Of a DNA stretch of 64,000 nt, positions 61,266 through 64,000 are shown piece after piece. Below the pieces are notes generated by a model, which was given only the letters and a program-made list of their open reading frames with translations, had not been told where the DNA came from and did not search any database. Source of the DNA: Podarcis muralis (taxonomy: Eukaryota); NCBI RefSeq assembly GCF_964188315.1, contig NC_135656.1, positions 69,564,001 to 69,628,000 on the forward strand. The letters are read 5' to 3'. Made by a program: the position numbers and the translations under genes. The number at the start of each line of letters is the position of its first letter. Positions within the stretch are counted from its first letter, which is position 1.

Positions 61266-64000
61266 ACTCTAAGCTGTGAGTCCACAGCACTTTGACCAGT
61301 TCCTGTGCAGAAGGTGGTCTCTGGAAGTGCTACCCAGCTCACCTGGCCCAGTCGGGGCTGAAGTGTATGAGTCCAGTTGGTGGCACTGGCTCAAGGGCGA
61401 TGCTGACACTCTTGTCTCTCTCACTGCTACTCCCTTGTCTCGCTTTCTCTTTATCCACAGCTCCCTCTTCCCCCATTTTCCTCCCTCCTTGTCCTATGCG
61501 GACCTGGGGCTGCTAGTTGCCCAGCCTGCTCTGTGGGTCACTGTTGGACCACATCAGAATACAGGGATTGGTTACAGATACAAAGCAGCACTTTCCATCC
61601 TTGTAAGAAGCAGTGAGCCTGCTTCCTGGAATGCAGCCAGTGCATTTCCAAGGAACATGCATTTGTTTCTACTGTACACTTAACTTTATGGCTGTGCAAA
61701 GCTGCCAGTGGGGACTACTGCTGTCTGGCACCCCTTTCCTCCAAAGGAAGACTAAGTCAACATTCAGAAAGGGCCTTTGTGAGTGGTTTGTCAAGGGCAG
61801 AATGATCCAGACTGCTCAGCAATGCAGCACTTGGGTGTAGAGAAGCAGGGGACCGAATTGCTTTAGAGCACTATTAGCTTTCCTACTCATAAAGTGAGGA
61901 AGGCCGTTCCCTTGCCGAGAAAGGAATTAACACACAGTCAGGGTGCTGCCAAAACACCACTCATTTGAAGACCTGCGCAAGTCTCTTACCAATACCAGGG
62001 AGAGCAGCCAGAGCACTTTGAACTGAACTGTTTCAAGAGTCAGGCCTCCTGCTTCATTCAACCTGTGGGGCACACAATGGTGCCATAACTGTCTTGAGGA
62101 CTCTGCTGTGAGATGGGGAGACTGCTCACCTGGAAAGGAGGCTGCACATGCCGTGGAGAAAGGGGCTTCAGGTGACCTTCTCCAGGAGAGTGTTCAGGAC
62201 TTGTGTTTGTTATAGGGAAATCAGCAAAAAACAAAGTGGCCCTGTAAAAGACTGTATGTGGCATGTCTACCGCCACATACATGTATGATACAATACCAAA
62301 GTGCAAATCCAGACACAGGCAATTCCAAAGACCTCAAAGAAATGGATGGTTGAGCTAACCCAATGTTCTGTGTTGAATTTTGACTATTTCTACTGAGGAA
62401 TCTTATATCGTTCCAGAAAACGTCTGATGCTTTAATGGTCATGTTGTATTTTGCTAATGGGTTTTGTGTTGTCTTCTCCAGCTGCTGAGACTGAAAAGCT
62501 TTGCATAGCTTGAAAAAAACTGTGAGAGGAAAGTCCAATTTAAGCATGTTAGGCCTAATGGAATTACAACCCACAGATCACTTCCTGATGGCTAAAACTA
62601 ATTTGATATTAATTGAATTACTCTTCCTGCTCAGCCTGCCACATAGCAGTGACCTAGCTCTCACTGAAGTGGTAAACATGTGTCTCACTTGTACCAGTTC
62701 ACAGTGCATTTGGAGGCTCACATGCTGGGATGCTCCCTACACATAGAAAATGAGCATGCCAGAGAGAAGACCAGACCAGAGGCCTTCTTCCTGACATGCT
62801 AGTTTTCTAGGTGAAGGGATTTTTTTTTCATGAACAAAGGAAAATTCAATCACGTGAATCCCCACTTGCTCTCAGAGAGAACTGGATATTTTTGTTCAAT
62901 TAAATGCTTAAATCTGCATCATCTCAGATGACGATTTTAGCTCAATGTAAAGTTCATGGGCCTAACCAGGTCTGACTTCACATACTGTTGGATATATAGA
63001 TAAAGGATTACGAACAGCTCAGTTCTTGTAAAAGTTTTGCTGCTTTGCATCATCCATTTTGTGGAGAAGTATGTTTGACACTGGGTCTCAACAACACTTC
63101 CCTTCCCTGGAAAATACACCACTTCAAGATCAGAGAGGAGAAATCAATTAATTTACAGCTCACTTCAGGGCATATGCACACACTCTGGAATCACAATTCA
63201 AGAAAGTTGATGAGTAGTTTTTTGTTTCGATTGACTTGCCTAAGATCCAGGACAAAGCGCCTCCTTTCAGACATCAATTCCACCTTTGAAATCCCAGTAA
63301 TGTCTGGGAAAATCCAGGTGTATGGCAGCCCTAAGTTACTGTATCACTCTCTTTCATTCAACATTTTCATGAAAAGTGCCGTCTGTCCAGAGTAGCCTTT
63401 CCTTTTTCAGATCCAGGAGAGGCCTTTCATTTCAACCTGAAGAATGGGGAACCCCCTTTAAAAGTCCATTTGCAGCTTGTCTCTTAGTTACCATTGGCGT
63501 GATCCACCTTCTATCAGACCCAGTTGTGGCTCATGAGTTGAAGAACAATGGCATAGCACAGAGACAGGGAATCTCAGGTCTAAGGGTCAAGCACAGCCCT
63601 AGTCTAGGCTGCTCTCTCTGTCCCCAATAATTCTCCCCAGGCTACCCGCTCACTCAGAGTGTTTTTGTCTGGTTGGAATGTGTCCTTGTACTCTGATAAT
63701 GCCTCTTAACTTGTCTGGATGGAGGACAGAGAGGGTTGTGTGTGTCTGTAGAAAGTAGCCTACTGTAAAAAGGGCACAAACACATTCATTGCTCTGTCCA
63801 TTTTTGCCCCGTCCCTACCCATCACTGGCATGTGGCCTTCAGAAGGTTTTCCAGAAAGGAATGTGGCCCTCAGGCTGAAAAAGATTCCTCACTTCTGGAA
63901 TAAGAGTACACTGCCTTAATATACTGCTTGAGTCATATGATCAGTGGGATTAGGCACAACTCTGAAGTTAAGAGGGAAAAGGGAGTCTTGTAGAAGTGAC

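Noticed and set aside
61342-61402. Minus-strand segment ending CAG|gtgagc as a possible RNF123 exon
   Set aside because: The acceptor lacks a pyrimidine tract and no frame matches RNF123.

Overview
Vertebrate genomic DNA, most likely from a lacertid lizard; this is inferred from Sauria-type SINEs and other squamate repeats. I reconstructed six protein-coding genes by hand from splice sites and conserved peptides; the supplied ORF track mostly shows exon fragments and noise. In order they are: UBA7 (minus, first 11 coding exons, continues off the left edge), TCTA (plus, complete), AMT (minus, complete), NICN1 (minus, complete), GMPPB (plus, complete) and RNF123 (minus, last 4 exons). There are two divergent promoters (UBA7/TCTA and NICN1/GMPPB) and two tail-to-tail pairs. 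The introns hold many hAT and Tc1/mariner MITEs, SINEs, LINE remnants and two probable solo LTRs. Best leads: (1) a TGATG stop/start at the end of TCTA opens a 177-codon downstream ORF, preceded in the spliced mRNA by a calicivirus-like TURBS arrangement; (2) an 837-bp hAT element with a perfect 8-bp TSD carries what looks like a captured CpG-island promoter into a UBA7 intron; (3) a consensus ISRE lies at the UBA7 5' end; (4) uORFs or N-terminal extensions are predicted for AMT, NICN1 and GMPPB; (5) two candidate poison or alternative exons would remove the RNF123 RING domain. All regulatory and translational claims are sequence-based hypotheses; no database search was run.
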